DNA of 64,000 nt from Chara braunii (GCA_003427395.1 BFEA01000017.1:1829791-1893790); one strand, 5' to 3'. Shown: positions 38,594-49,865, counted from the first letter of the stretch. Made by a program: numbers and translations. The notes: generated by a model not told the origin, from the sequence alone.

Positions 38594-40649
38594 GGACCAT
38601 TTCTCGATTTATGTGTGTCATCCTTGCGCGCAGGGGCCACGCTAATCTTATCTCTATCGTTCCAATTTTAGCGGATGTCGCGAAGGACAACCAAAAGTCG
38701 TTTGTATTGCAATTCTACACAATGTTTTAGTCCTGGATTTTGCCATTCTTTCAGAGTACATGATGGCTTTTTTATCTGTGGAAGCTTTCCTGATTGCTGT
38801 GTTTTGCATGCTACATTTTCTACTTTTTTGTGTGTACTAAGTACTTTGAAAGTGTTTTAATCCCTATGTTTAATTTTATAGGGGTATGGGCTTCTAGAAG
38901 GAGAAAAAATGCGAGCAGCATATCAGTTTTTCTTATATACTTTCATCCGTTTTCATGCACCTTAGAGAGTGATCTCTAAAGAAAATCGGTGCTGTTTGGC
39001 GGAACAAGTACACGGCGTACACACTTATTTGTACTTGTTTTTTTTTTTACGTGCTTGCTCCAAACCAGTTAAAACTGTATAAGCAATGATGATTTTTTTA
39101 TCATTTTGTCCTTTTATCGTTTTATTTTTTACGCTGGGGCTGCCCAGAATCTTGCCCGGGGTTGATGCCCGGCCCGGCACCCAGGCGTAGATTGGGCCAC
39201 AAGTTGGGTGCCCGGTCGCCCGCACAAACAGCCTTTTTTTTTTTTCAATTATACGACGCGCAACGGGCTTGAGCTATCATCATTGAACTAACCTGCCCCA
39301 GGTTATCCAGTTAGGTTTATTTCACCCATTTTGTACCGGATTCCAGCCCCGGTTCAATGTATATCAACAGTTCATGGAATCGTATGGGTGTACCATCGCC
39401 CACACGGGCTTGGCTTGCCCCAAGACAGTATATGACTTGTGACTTGCGTTTGGTTCGCTTTGGCTTAGCTTGGATGCAATCAACTGGACTGCTGCAATGA
39501 GCTTCTCTTTCCTTGGGTTTCGGGTTTGTGCGAGGCACAGGGCCTCGATTTGCCCTATGGGGCCTATTTTTCACACAGTCGACCGCCCTAAGTGAAGGCA
39601 GGCACGACCGAGGCCTACCGGAAGCGTCTGGGCCAGGGCCCAGTACCGCATTACTGCACGCAGCAGCAGGCCACTTCGATATAGAGAAGGGCCTGCCTAC
39701 GTATTGGACATTCGGGCACTGGCTGCATGCTGAGCAAGCGCTGCTGCGCTAACGCTGGCCAGGCTCACGCGCTCACGGGCGAGCTGGAAGGAGCAGGCAG
39801 CCACAGCCGAGCTGCGCTGCCGAATGCTGGATGGGGCGCATGGTGGTCCTTGGGTGCAAGTGGCATCTGTGAGTTGGGGAACGAGGTTGTGAGTGATACG
39901 AGAGACATACCTGGTGCTTGACGCGTGCGGCATTGGCCGAGATCTGCTCGTACTTGGGAAGCCGTTGACGTCATCAGCGGCATTATAGCCTAGGCTAGAT
40001 AGGATCTGCCATTCGAATGGGCGCCGAGCGCCAGATAGGATATCAACATTGGTTCTTCGTTGATGATGATGAGACGATTCCAGCATTGTCAATTATGAGC
40101 TTTTGGTGTGCTCTTATTTGGTGAAACTCCTGATGCAATTCTGCTATTGGTTTGAGGTCACGACTATCGGGTCTCATGTGTATGATGCTGTTTGATTGCT
40201 GAAGTTCACTATTGCTCATCTTCATTGCATTTGTGTGACTTGTTGACGATTTAACTTGTGTGACTCCTTTTTGATTTGGCTCGAGTTATATAAGTGGACT
40301 GGGCTGGCATTCTCTTGCCTTGGGCCTTGGCTTGAGTTAGCTGCGCTTAGACCTCTCATTTGCCGACTCAGCTGAGTCAGCTCACATTTCTTGCGCTTGA
40401 CACCGATCCTTCTTCCGTCGCCTTGACTGCCTTGTTTACTGTGGTTACGTGGTATGAACTTGTTGCATGAAGTTTGTTGCTGCCGTTTACAGATCAACTC
40501 TTGCCTGTCTTCCCAATTAGCTTATCTGTGTTCCCTGCATCTAGTCCCATTGAATTGTCGCACGTTGCTTAAATCACCGCAGTATGTTTAAATTCTTTGT
40601 GAATCTTCGCAGCTTTCAGATAGTCGGGCTTGCCCCCCCAAACTTTGGT

Positions 40650-40737
<88 letters not shown>

Positions 40738-41054
40738 TGTGTGCCCCCCCTGTGTGTGTGTGAAAGTGTGAAAGTGTGTGCTCTGAGAGTTTAAATAAAT
40801 TGATAGAGTATAAATACAAAGAAAAGAAAAACAGATTTGCCTCCTGCTTACCAAACGACTTTCTGTCGTTGACTCCTGAATTGCGATGGCAGGTTGATCG
40901 TTTGAAAGAGGAGTACCTCACCTTGCTTCCAGAAACTATTCCATTCTTGGCGGAGTTGCTGGAGGATGGTGTCTTGGAAGTAGTGGCCAAGTGCCAGCAG
41001 CTTGTAAAGACGCTGGAGACACTAAGCGGCGAAAAACTGTCAGAGTACTTCTGA
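1192..41054 (+). CDS. UTP10: UTP10/HEATR1 (BAP28) U3 snoRNP-associated HEAT-repeat protein; 3' 18 exons, 5' part outside window
   Basis: Manually spliced exons 1192-1287, 3439-3506, 5771-6275, 8132-8224, 10428-10547, 11462-11653, 13397-13506, 15678-15780, 17667-17876, 19314-19394, 22491-22550, 23679-23888, 27972-28123, 28702-28823, 33281-33390, 33651-33878, 37549-37617, 40893-41054 total 2691 nt in one open frame. Family motifs: [27 protein letters not shown] (BP28CT), [40 protein letters not shown]. Confidence 0.93.
1973..2147. mobile_element. TTAA-flanked MITE (TIR ACCAC[C/T]AGTAC); inverted sister copy at 59470-59640
   Basis: TTAA-accactagtac...gtactagtggt-TTAA; interior matches the 59470-59640 copy in reverse orientation. 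Confidence 0.85.
2922..3029 (-). pseudogene. Degenerate U6 snRNA copy
   Basis: Reverse complement aligns to plant U6 (ggaacgatacagaga, cgcaagg) with a small internal duplication. Confidence 0.75.
3439..3506 (+). CDS. UTP10: UTP10 exon: [22 protein letters not shown](R)
   Basis: tgcag acceptor, gtgaga donor; HRRLPL motif. Confidence 0.9.
4341..4467 (-). pseudogene. U6 snRNA retrocopy with oligo(A) tail and TSD
   Basis: Near full-length U6 at 4374-4467; flanking repeat GGAT(A/G)GCTTT at 4334 and 4468. Confidence 0.9.
5771..6275 (+). CDS. UTP10: UTP10 exon with acidic poly-Glu tract
   Basis: Lies within ORF 5763..6314; tgcag acceptor, gtcagt donor; phase matches neighbours. Confidence 0.85.
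6693..7160. repeat. Local tandem duplications (~155-180-bp and ~63-bp units)
   Basis: tcttaggtcatgagataaagtggcctgcc x2; ttgtaattctatacc x2. Confidence 0.75.
8132..8224 (+). CDS. UTP10: UTP10 exon: [31 protein letters not shown]
   Basis: Poly-T tract plus gcag acceptor; gtgagt donor at 8225 (an alternative in-frame donor gtaatg at 8165 is possible). Confidence 0.75.
8291..8388 (+). pseudogene. Full-length U6 snRNA copy with A-rich tail
   Basis: gtccttaggg...acagagaagattagcatggcccctgcacaaggatgac...aatggtccaaatt. Confidence 0.92.
10428..10547 (+). CDS. UTP10: UTP10 exon: [10 protein letters not shown]...SSSIRQK
   Basis: tgcag acceptor, gtagtt donor, 120 nt. Confidence 0.85.
11462..11653 (+). 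CDS. UTP10: UTP10 exon: [10 protein letters not shown]...SSVATRQ
   Basis: gcag acceptor, gtgtgc donor, 192 nt. Confidence 0.82.
13397..13506 (+). CDS. UTP10: UTP10 exon: [15 protein letters not shown]...LHHED
   Basis: aacag acceptor, gtaagc donor; HEAT-like helix. Confidence 0.85.
15073..15156 (-). pseudogene. Degenerate U6 snRNA copy
   Basis: + strand reads tgtcatccttgtgcaggggcgatgctaatcttc, preceded by a T-rich tract. Confidence 0.8.
15678..15780 (+). CDS. UTP10: UTP10 exon: [34 protein letters not shown]
   Basis: ccag acceptor, gtaagt donor; GP.ALP.LP motif. Confidence 0.88.
16659..16795. mobile_element. TTAA MITE, distinct interior
   Basis: TTAA-accaccagtac...gtactggtggt-TTAA. Confidence 0.85.
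17667..17876 (+). CDS. UTP10: UTP10 exon: VGKRAAN...[16 protein letters not shown]
   Basis: aacag acceptor, gtacgt donor, 210 nt; F.SPY motif. Confidence 0.88.
18672..18829. mobile_element. TTAA MITE, most common subfamily
   Basis: Same TIR; interior ggcccagctatcggcc...ggatgaat shared with 47281, 53463, 57322. Confidence 0.82.
19314..19394 (+). CDS. UTP10: UTP10 exon: [27 protein letters not shown]
   Basis: ctcag acceptor, gtaagt donor, 81 nt. Confidence 0.83.
19608..20103. repeat. (TATG)n microsatellites at 19608-19697 and 20039-20103
   Basis: Direct inspection. Confidence 0.9.
20246..22174 (+). mobile_element. Degenerate Penelope-like retroelement (RT remnant) with 14-bp TSD
   Basis: Broken-frame RT motifs [47 protein letters not shown]; TSD CCAA(C/T)GCCTATGAG at 20232-20245 and 22175-22188. 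Confidence 0.75.
21782..21890. mobile_element. TA-flanked Tc1/mariner (pogo-like) MITE of ~110 bp; other copies near 16927-17015, 23472-23579, 32343-32456, 37850-37955, 44330-44400
   Basis: TA-CCGTCTT(T/C)ACCC...GGGTGAAGACGG-TA hairpin with shared core tagctgtattt...gcaact. Confidence 0.72.
22491..22550 (+). CDS. UTP10: UTP10 exon: [20 protein letters not shown]
   Basis: aacag acceptor, gtaagc donor, 60 nt; completes KIP-PRL. Confidence 0.83.
23679..23888 (+). CDS. UTP10: UTP10 exon: RAVGALFEM...FLRAFDMR...SLVMK, followed by a GC donor
   Basis: acag acceptor; AAG|GCAAGT donor joins to [10 protein letters not shown]. Confidence 0.9.
27279..27842. repeat. Minisatellite of 12-14-bp GCTATGTTTGT(G/GG) units
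   Basis: About 45 degenerate units; source of the spurious C/V/M-rich ORFs. Confidence 0.92.
27972..28123 (+). CDS. UTP10: UTP10 exon: [17 protein letters not shown]...SEQL(R)
   Basis: BP28CT signature; acag acceptor, gtgaaa donor. Confidence 0.92.
28182..28219. other. Nextera mate-pair junction adapter (assembly contamination)
   Basis: Exact CTGTCTCTTATACACATCT+AGATGTGTATAAGAGACAG close to an N gap. Confidence 0.97.
28702..28823 (+). CDS. UTP10: UTP10 exon: [13 protein letters not shown]...KKKKRKNE
   Basis: gcag acceptor, gtcagg donor; basic NLS-like stretch. Confidence 0.85.
28900..29211. repeat. Compound tandem repeat (ctgcatttccccctcaacctatttttg / ttcacttcacacccagccgcatt)
   Basis: Several reiterated blocks. 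Confidence 0.85.
29316..29570 (+). pseudogene. Two head-to-tail U6 snRNA copies (29316-29456, 29459-29570)
   Basis: Both begin gtgcttggggacatcc and contain gattagcatggcccct and gagaaatgg; each has its own insertion. Confidence 0.88.
29887..30039. mobile_element. TTAA MITE subfamily shared with 63636-63788
   Basis: ccaccagtacatccagct...cagcaaggctggga. Confidence 0.78.
30141..30237. repeat. 15-bp tandem repeat CTTTTGACCCCTGAA
   Basis: About 6 units. Confidence 0.85.
30606..31369. mobile_element. Solo LTR, 764 bp
   Basis: Perfect 12-bp inverted ends TGTAATGACCTG...CAGGTCATTACA; 4-bp TSD CAGG; removal restores a local ~185-bp tandem unit. Confidence 0.85.
31592..32184 (+). pseudogene. U6 snRNA copy split by a solo LTR
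   Basis: 5' half 31592-31628 ends ...tgatacag; 3' half 32118-32184 reads ...caaggatgacacacataaatcgagaaatgg. Confidence 0.85.
31629..32117. mobile_element. Solo LTR, 489 bp, inside a U6 copy
   Basis: TGTAACGG...CCGTAACA ends; TSD TACAG/TACTG. Confidence 0.8.
33281..33390 (+). CDS. UTP10: UTP10 exon: [36 protein letters not shown]
   Basis: atcag acceptor, gttcgt donor; conserved LHKCFLYDT. Confidence 0.9.
33651..33878 (+). CDS. UTP10: UTP10 exon: [10 protein letters not shown]...[11 protein letters not shown]
   Basis: Acceptor partly hidden in N gap; gtaagt donor. Confidence 0.85.
35775..35944 (-). mobile_element. tRNA-derived SINE; further - strand copies near 915-1045, 6410-6507, 12560-12640, 14215-14285, 26430-26565, 29705-29870, 37315-37495, 39235-39400, 52705-52868
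   Basis: Shared + strand signature tt(c/t)gaact...tcaacagttc...ggtgtaccaactgagcta, often preceded by a poly-T tract. Confidence 0.75.
37040..37141 (-). pseudogene. Young U6 snRNA retrocopy with poly(A) and 10-bp TSD
   Basis: Nearly intact U6 lacking a few 3' nt; TSD CTTTTAAACC at 37030-37039 and 37142-37151. Confidence 0.93.
37145..37277. mobile_element. TTAA MITE, degenerate
   Basis: TTAA-accgccagtac...ctactggcgg. Confidence 0.65.
37549..37617 (+). CDS. UTP10: UTP10 exon: [23 protein letters not shown]
   Basis: tgcag acceptor, gtatgt donor. Confidence 0.88.
38561..38688 (-). pseudogene. U6 snRNA retrocopy with poly(A) and TSD
   Basis: Full-length U6; TSD A(G/A)CCAAAAGT at 38551-38560 and 38689-38698. 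Confidence 0.93.
40893..41054 (+). CDS. UTP10: UTP10 terminal exon: [25 protein letters not shown]...SEYF*
   Basis: ggcag acceptor; highly conserved C-terminal motif; TGA stop. Confidence 0.95.
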   Translation, partial: VDRLKEEYLTLLPETIPFLAELLEDGVLEVVAKCQQLVKTLETLSGEKLSEYF

Positions 41055-41574
41055 GGTGCAAGATGAGCTGGAAGACGTTCTGGAGGACAGCATGCTCTAG
41101 GAACGAAAGAAGGGTCTCGTTCCGAAGCTTCCTGGCCTGCCTCGGCGATCTTGTGGACGTATTCTTTGTTCTTACTATCACGGGCACTACAAGGGCAGGC
41201 AAGTAGAATGTTATTGACGAGGTTGAGTGGGGGTGCCGAACCCTATATATGACCCTGTCACGAAGATCGTGCGATCTCGCAGGCCTTTACTTTCCAGCGG
41301 TTCCGCCCATTTCATCTGAAGCGGTCCCGGAGTTGCTGCGGAGCGAACGGAGGTTTGAAAGCTACCTTAGGGTGCGCAGAATGGGGTGATGCCATCCTTG
41401 ACCCAGCGCGGGACTACGTGAAGATTTGGTGAACCTATTGCTACGTACGGTAAGCTGTGTTGACATCATCAGCAAGGTAGGTCTTTTGTGTTGACATCAT
41501 CAGCAAGGTAGGTGTTTTTGGCTGTGCGCGTTTAGGCTGGATCTGTCTCAACATCCTCTGCTCCATGCTGCTGC

Positions 41575-41649
<75 letters not shown>

Positions 41650-42860
41650 GNNNNNNNNNNNNNNNNNNNNNNNNNNNNNNNNNNNNNNNNNNNNNNNNNN
41701 NNNNNNNNNNNNNNNNNNNNNNNNNNNNNNNNNNNNNNNNNNNNNNTTTTTTTTTTTATTGTAAAGCGTTCATCGGAACATGCAGAGCATACGCACACTA
41801 AGACTTTTTCAACTGAGCTCTGGACATGTTTGTCATCAAGATACATCCGATTGAACGGTGGCTGGCATTCCAGCCAGATTCAGCCAGCAAAGCTTCTGGT
41901 ATGAGTATGCCCTCAGTCAAGGGCTCTTCCCGAAGTACTTGCCAGGAATCACCGCCAGATTCATCCAGCAAGGTGTCTAATGTGAGTATCCGTTCAGTCA
42001 AGGGGACGTACTTGGCAGGAATTTCCACCAAATTCATTTGAGGAGTTTTCCAAATGTGAGTATGCCTTCAGTCAAGGGCTCTTCCTGACGTACTTGCCTG
42101 GAATTACTGCAAAATTCATTTGAGGAGTTCTATGTATGCCTTCGTTCTTGTAGAGGTGAATCCGATATCATCAGGAGGCTAACGCCGAGGCCGACTCAGG
42201 GCGATAGCATGTGAGAACAGAGCGGATGCGCACTTGTTTGCTGTCCAAACCAGAGGTATGTATCGTAGATAACCCCAAAATAGGGAATTTTTTTTTGTAT
42301 GTCGCAAATACCAAAAGGGTAGCTTTTCTTTCCCTTTTCCCTCCCTTATCTTTGAGCTTTCATGTCTCCCCGAGCCCTACAGTAGTTCCCAGTTTCGAGT
42401 TTCGGCCCAAGTCTCAAGTTTTGACCCCCTAGAGAGAGAGAGAGAGAGCAAAATCCGATTTACAGTGCAATTACATTGTCCCTCAAGTCTTATATGTTTT
42501 TTGACGTCTAGGAATGTAGTGGGATCTGGTTTTGAAAAATTTGGCGCATTGTTTGAGATTTGTTGTTGCCGTAGTGGCCAGGGCTACCATCTTCCCTCGA
42601 ACGGAACACACCTCCTCTAGATTGCAGCGGACCGAGAGGAGGTGGGGGGGGGGGGGGGGGGGGGGAGGGTTAGTGTATATGCATTCATAATTAGGGTGCT
42701 TTTTTTTTGGTGGTGGTGGGGGGGTGTTGTTCTTGCCGAGGTTGAATTAACGGCAGAGATTACATCTGAGAAGCCAGTTAAGGGAGGGGTAGAGAAATTG
42801 GTGGACGTTTGAGTCATGTTATTCTGCATCATTGGGAGAAGAGGTACTTTTTTCAGGAAT

Positions 42861-42892
<32 letters not shown>

Positions 42893-43182
42893 GCTGAAAA
42901 CCAAAGGCTACGCAGGATAGAGGGGAATAAGAAGGTGGTCAGAAATTTACTTAGTCAAAGGTTAGGAGAACTTAGGACCGATAGATACTGGTAGTTTAGC
43001 ATAGGTTGAAAACAGGAGCGAGCTTATGAAACAACCTGTCTGTTCACTTTGCATCTAGCGAAGCAGATCTTAACTTTTTTGGAACATACATACAGTTCCT
43101 TGTCTTCATGCCGGGTGGTCGCCCATCGTTCACTTGCTTGGTATTCCTTTTTCTCCCATTTAAGAGGTTGTGTAGAAGAACA

Positions 43183-43253
<71 letters not shown>

Positions 43254-43294
43254 NNNNNNNNNNNNNNNNNNNNNNNNNNNNNNNNNNNNNNNNN

Positions 43295-43357
<63 letters not shown>

Positions 43358-46300
43358 CATATGTGTGTGTGTGAGTGATGAGCTCGTTGTTTTCTGAGGA
43401 TCGTTTTGTCTTTCAGTAAGTGTCCCAGTGCAGAACGGAATAGGATTTAGCCAACTGCATGTTTTATTAACTTGCTCGATTGGTCAAAACTTCTGTTATT
43501 GGGGTTTAGGGTTTTGGACTTTTGGGAAGTTCTACTGAGAAAAAATAGATGAGTAAGGGTTCTAATTTCTTTTAGGAAAAAAATGGTGTATAACACATCT
43601 ACCGGGGCGAAAACCAAACACTTGTGCACCCATAGGCGGTCGGATTTGGTAGCTGTGATGGAAGCCAAAGACCGAATACACTTCAGAAGACACGTACAGT
43701 AGGGATCCTTTTGTCTTACTGTTAAGCATCTACAAGTTGAGGGACGGTAGAGATCCCTTTGTCGTGCCGGAAAATTTGGACAGAGAGGAGACAGTAGCTA
43801 TCCCTTTTATTTTACTTTATGCGCCTCGCTGCACCGCTCACCAGATGCGTAAATTTCACCCTGAAACGCCGTAAAATACAAAATTATGGCGGCTGTATCT
43901 TTTTCTAAAACACTATCTTCCACATTCTAGCTGGAGAGGTGAATTGTGTGATATCCCAGTGCTTAGAATGTGCAAAGATAGTAACGGTACAGCCGCCAAA
44001 CTTTTGGCAAGAACTGTCATTTTGGAATCAGGTGCTGGGATGGAAGCAAAAGAGTAAACTTCACTTTGAAACAGAGTTGCGCCCCCTCTCCTCGGTGCTC
44101 GGTACGTGTTTAACGACGGCATGTCATAACGAAGCCACCCACTCGCTTTCTCAGAAAACCACCCCTCCGTAGAGGTTTAACGACTGCATGTCATAACGAA
44201 GCCTCCCGAAAGGTAAGGTGGTTTGAAACTTGCAATCGGTGATCCTGACTAGCGTCTTCACTGGTAAGGTGGTTTGAAACTTGCAATCGGTGATCCTGAC
44301 TAGCGTCTTCACTGGAATAAAAAGAAAATGCATGGTCATTATGGCTGTATCTAGACTGAATGGTGCCCCAAATGCAGCTGTAATGACTGGCTGTTCTTTA
44401 TAGATTAGAAGAAGTCTGACCTGTATCCTGCATACTTGTACTTTCCTAAATGTGTCTCGACTACGGCCATACCTGAATGTATGTGACCGCGATGACGTCC
44501 AGAAGCAAGAAAAAAGATGGCAGTGTGAGTTTGCCCTTAGAAGTTAGAATAGCATCCATCGCGTGGATACTTGGCTAGTGTCACGTCAGGGAAACGTTTT
44601 CCGTTCGTTGCACTTTCTTTAGAAGTGTTGGTTGCTCGTGGAGGACATTTTAGTTTGACTTGAGAGGTTGAGAGGGACTTGAGAGCAATTGTACGTTCAA
44701 ATATGCGTACAACCGAATCGGTTTACTTGGTTGTCGTTTGTTCCCTGTAAGGAAACCGGTACGGAGCCACAATTTTAGAATACGTTCGGGCCACTACAGA
44801 AGCGCCCAAATTCATCCAACTAGAAATGCTTCTAACTTTCTACTCTATTTTTTCCCGTGGCCGATAGCTGGGCCAAGTACTGGTGGTTTAAGGAAACCTA
44901 GGGTGGGAAGTGCGGGAAAAGTGTTCCTTCCACTCGTGGAAAAGTGGTGGTGATTGTTCGTCGAGGAGAAAGTTGGTTTGACTTGAGAGGCAGTGTAGGT
45001 TCAAATAAGCGAGCACGATTTTAGAAAACGTACGGGCCACTACAAGAACGCCCAAATTCATCCAACTAAAAATGTTTATACTCTATTTTTTTCTGTGGCC
45101 GATAGCTGGGTTAAAGTCTGGTGGTTTAAGGAAACCTTTTTTATTCCCAGGGTATTGACTGCGCAGGATTAATGATAATTGTGTTTGACAACAGTACACT
45201 TTGGGGCATGGAGCCGCCTCTTTGGCCTGTACCAGGCCGCTAGATCACTCCTGTTTCCGTAGCAGCTAAGCCCTGCTTCTTCTGAATAACACGGCCTCCC
45301 ATGACCAGCTACCAGCCCGCCCTATACCGCTCGTTTAATATGATGCGGGTGTCTTCCATATCCTGCTTGTAGACCTGCCCCGTCCTTACTTGGTCCCTTC
45401 AACCTGTGATCTTGCTCAATCTGCTCCGTACCATTGCACGTCCACCATTGCCAGCTGGTGGTGCGGGAAGGGGTTGGGAAATTCTGTAGGTGGTCGAAGC
45501 AGGATCTCCTGACCCACCGTAGTCCAGTCTCTGAAGCAGATACAGTAGTCTCTGCTGAACTCTTCTTGGTTACACTCCTGGGCGGGCCTGCCGTCCCATC
45601 TGACGAAGGCGATCCAGCCCTTGTTCTCACTGCCCAACCAGTCCCCAGAGAATTGATGAATTGCTTGTATTATGTTTTCTGATGAGTGAAACAACTCCAG
45701 TTTGTTTTTTACTTTTTGCCACTGTAACACGAGTTCTTGTTGTATATATTGCTTTATCATGTATGTTACCTCCTTCCCACCTATGGGGACCCCCTCCATG
45801 GCATGTATACAACGTTTCCTCCAGAGGGTCCACATGACCGCTCTCCTCCTTATCTTAAACATGTTGTTTTCAAAAGTGTTGTCCATGGGCGAGGTCCATG
45901 CCTTGCATAAAATGGCCCTTCAATCCCATGGCCAGGTGGACCCTGTGCCCAACAGGGTCCAGATCCTACCATTGCCATGTGAGGACAACCATCGGGCATT
46001 GCATGGATGTGCTCTATGGTTTTCGGAATCCTAGGGGGGGGGGAAGGCGGTGTGACACGATTTACACCATGGTAGTGCCCACCCCTTCTGCTCTAGATAT
46101 ATACGATCCACCAACCAGTCGTTGGTGGGCAGGCAGAAATGCTCTTTCTGCCACTGCAGTGAGGCCATCTTTTCTGGCCTAGACCTTATGGTGGTGAACC
46201 ATTGGATCGGGCAGATCGCCTCAATCCATACGTTCAAATGAGATCTCCATGGGGCCTTCACTGTTTCTTTTATGTTCACCTTCGTTGCAGCAGCCGCTAC

Positions 46301-46901
46301 GTAGCCTTCACGATTAAGATATACATTCTCCGCCGACCTGATTTTTCGTGTAGGGCTCCACTGCCACTCCTCGGGGTCAAAGGGGAGCTCTGCCATGGGG
46401 ATATTTGGCTCGTATGCGATTCACATATCCTTATCCCTTAGCACGCAGATCCTGTCAAGGTTCGCACTCCTCCACCATCTCATCCTCTGGGGTGTACCGA
46501 TTGAGCACATTATCCTTGCTTAAGTGGAAGTGGTTAACATCTGTTTCGTCCGCATGTGCCTTCGACATTGTGATAGTGCTTTCGTATGACCCTCAGTTGC
46601 GGCACTGTTTTCCAGCCCCTCACCGCGGGGTGTCTGAGCTGCAATACACCCTGCCGCACTGGTTTGTAATCTTCCTGTTCCCAAAAAGGGGCTGACGCAT
46701 CACGTCCTCCCACGTAGTCAGTGGGGGTTTATCAGGCAGCGGGAGTTGGCGGCAGGCCCTTAGAACCCGGGCCTGGAAGTTGTCCCTGGCTAAGTCCTTG
46801 CCGATTATGTCTCAGTTTAAGCCTCGACCAGCTCGAGGGCGCCATGGTATAGTCCAATAACGATCTGTCAGCCAGGTTAATGGGTTAACACCCTGCGGTG
46901 C

Positions 46902-49865
46902 TTATGGGGCCAATCTAGCTATTTGTTCTAGCGTTAGGGCATACCATGGGAGGTGTTGAGTGAAGAGCAGTCTCCTAACCCATTGAACCATTAATGTTGT
47001 GATCTTGGTATCCGGGACTAGAATCCCCAGGCCCCCTTTGTCTTTGGGTTGGATCACCGATGACCAGGCCACCTTGCTAATAACATTCGTGAGCTCACCA
47101 TTGCTTCTCCATAGCAGGGCCGTTGACTGCCGCTTTAGCCATCGGACGGCCTCTTTACTGAGCGCCCAAATTGCAGAGTTGTACCAAAGGGCTGCCAGCA
47201 CTGTGTAGTTGATCGCGAGCGCCCTATGGATTAGGGAGGTGTGTTGATCTTTTCAGTGAACCAATTTTTCTAAAATGGGCTTAAACCACCAGTACTTGGT
47301 CCGACTATCGGCCTTGGAAAAAAATAGAGTAGAAACATTTCTAGTTGGATGAATTTGGACGCTCTTGTACGTGTCCTAAAATCGTGGTGCCGTCAATGGG
47401 CACGCCTTTAGGAAGTACTGGTGGTTTAAGGATGCACTCACAGTTCCATGCAAGCTTAACTAATTCCGTCAACATAATTCCCAATACCTAGATGGGGCCC
47501 CTTTCGGGAGCCGCTTGACCCGTGGCAACTCCGGGGGGCACACCCCTTGATGGTGGATCCACCACCCCAAGTTAACGGTTATATCTGAGACCAATGTGAA
47601 CCGGTTGAATAGTCTCCTGATCTCTTCCATGTTTGCTGCGGTGGCATGCACCATGACTGTCAGGTCGTCTGCGAACATGGAACATACAGGAATTGCATCT
47701 TCAAGGATGGGCGAGATCTGCAACTTCCTCATGTCCTTGTAGGCGCGGAGGTTCGCTGCCAACGCCTCCATCACGATTATAAACAGGAAGGGTGCCAAAG
47801 GGTCCCCCTGGCGGACCGACCGTTGCAGCGGGAAGGCCAATGCTATCCTTTCATTAACTTGGACACTCGTGGTAGCATTATGATGCAATATTTTGGTCCA
47901 GCGTTGGAAAACAGGCCCGATGTTCATTTTTTCCATACATCTGTCCATAAAGAGGCAGTCCACGTGGCCGGAAGCTTTTTCGAAGTCAATGAAGGCCACG
48001 GCCGCATTCTGCTTGTCTTGCCTTGTTAGTTTGAGAAGTTCGTTAGCTAATAGGATGTTGTCCTGGATCTACGCCCTTTGGCAAACCTGGTCTATGTCGG
48101 ATGAAGAATATCGTCCAAGACTGGGATCATACGATTCGCTAGGGCTTTTGCTAGCATTTTATAAACAATTGTAAGCAAACTTATTGGCTGGTAGTTCCTG
48201 ATATCCATTTTGTCCCCCTTTTTGTGCAACAAGGTGAGAATGCCCTGCCCTACTAACTCCCCCATCCGCCCTGTTTCCCACACATGACGATAGAACTCCA
48301 TGAGGTCCAGGGCCCTCTGGGTCCAGAAGGTCTCCCATAACTCCTTAGGGAGCCCATCTATGCTCGACGTCTTCTTTTCATCCATCTGCATCATCGCCAT
48401 CCAGATTTCTTCCTTGGGTAGGGGATGCTGGTCCGTCAGGGCCTTCTTCAATGGTTTCAGTAAGTCCTCAATTTCTTTCTCCCTAACATCCCTCTCCCGT
48501 CGGGCGCACCTTGAAGTAAACAAGTCCTTGAAGAAGGACCTTGCTATCTGCGTGCAATGGGGGGAGGAGTTGATAATATTTTGGTGTCCACTCTGCGGAT
48601 CATATACCGCTTCTATGGTTGTTCTGCATGAGCGTTTATCCATTGTTCCTTCCGTTCGATGTTGTGACAGTCGTCCTCTTATATGTGTGCCCTCCCAGTG
48701 TTGTGTGGCAAAGGTTTGGAGTCGCTGTTGCAGCACATGTATCTCTGAATACTCTTTTGGATGTGTGTGTTGAACACTGTGTGAGTTGTTGGACTGATCC
48801 TGGTGCTCAAGTTGCTGCAGTTGTTGGTGAATTTCCATCTCCTGCTTATGCTTCCTGACTGCTAAAAGTTTAGAATATTCTTGGCATTTTCTACCCAGAT
48901 TGAACAGACCGTTATTAAACCAGTCTATTTTCTGTTGAATGTGTTGCCTTTGCGTGTGCCAAAACGTCCAGCAGTCCGTAATATAACGCTGAAAGGTTTG
49001 CTTCTGCAAGATAGACGCATTGAGTTTATAAAAGCCAGCTCTGCGATTGGGTTTCTTGAGGAAGTACAAAATGACCGTGCACATTTTGTGATCAAGGCCC
49101 GGGTAGGGGCTACTTGGTAAAATTGCTGCTAGAAGCAGAGACCTTCCCAGATTTTCCTAGACCAAGACTAAGTCGATCCTGGATCTCAACCAGCTTTCGG
49201 TCTTGGTCTTTTGTAGGCATGAATAGAACCTTGTATCTGGGTTGAGCTTCCAGAAGGAGTCAAACACGTGTAGTGAAAGGCATAAATCCCTAATTATCCG
49301 CTCCTCCTCCTCCACATACATCGGGGCAGGGGAGGGTGTCCAGCATTGTCCGCCATCTATCCATCGAGCGGTCAGGGGCTGCGTTGCAGTTCCCTGCTAT
49401 AATGATCGGAACCCCGTTCGGGATTTGTGTTGTAAGGTTCTCAAACAACATTTTTCTCTCGCTCACAGTATTGGGGGTATAGATACACAATATACATACA
49501 ATTTCAAGTTCCAACGCGGCCACGATTGAAACCCATCGACCTCCCTCCTGGTCTACCGCCCAATGCACGGGGTCTGCCCGGGACTGCGGGGGAATCCAGA
49601 TGGTCACCCCTGCACTCCCTGGTTTCGGGGCATGGGCCCTGAAGGCCTTCTGTGGCCAGATCATTTTATGGGTGCGGTTGTGCTCCGGGGTGTCCATCAG
49701 GTGAGTTTCCTGGGCGTGGGTATGCCATCTCAGGCCCGCCTCCTTGGTTGAGTCAAAACGTATATCGACATCCCTCTGCGTTATTTTGCTGGGGCCTGTT
49801 GTAATCAAGGCCATAGCTTGTGGCCCTGGCGGTGAGGTATCCGCGATGTGGGATTCCAGCTGCAT
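46902..49865 (-). pseudogene. LINE ORF2 endonuclease-reverse transcriptase, disrupted
   Basis: ORFs 49290..49865, 48092..49084, 47469..47999 and 46902..47201 are collinear pieces of one APE-RT polyprotein. Confidence 0.88.
47281..47429. mobile_element. TTAA MITE inserted in LINE ORF2
   Basis: Perfect TIR; removal leaving one TTAA rejoins the ORF2 frame. Confidence 0.9.
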
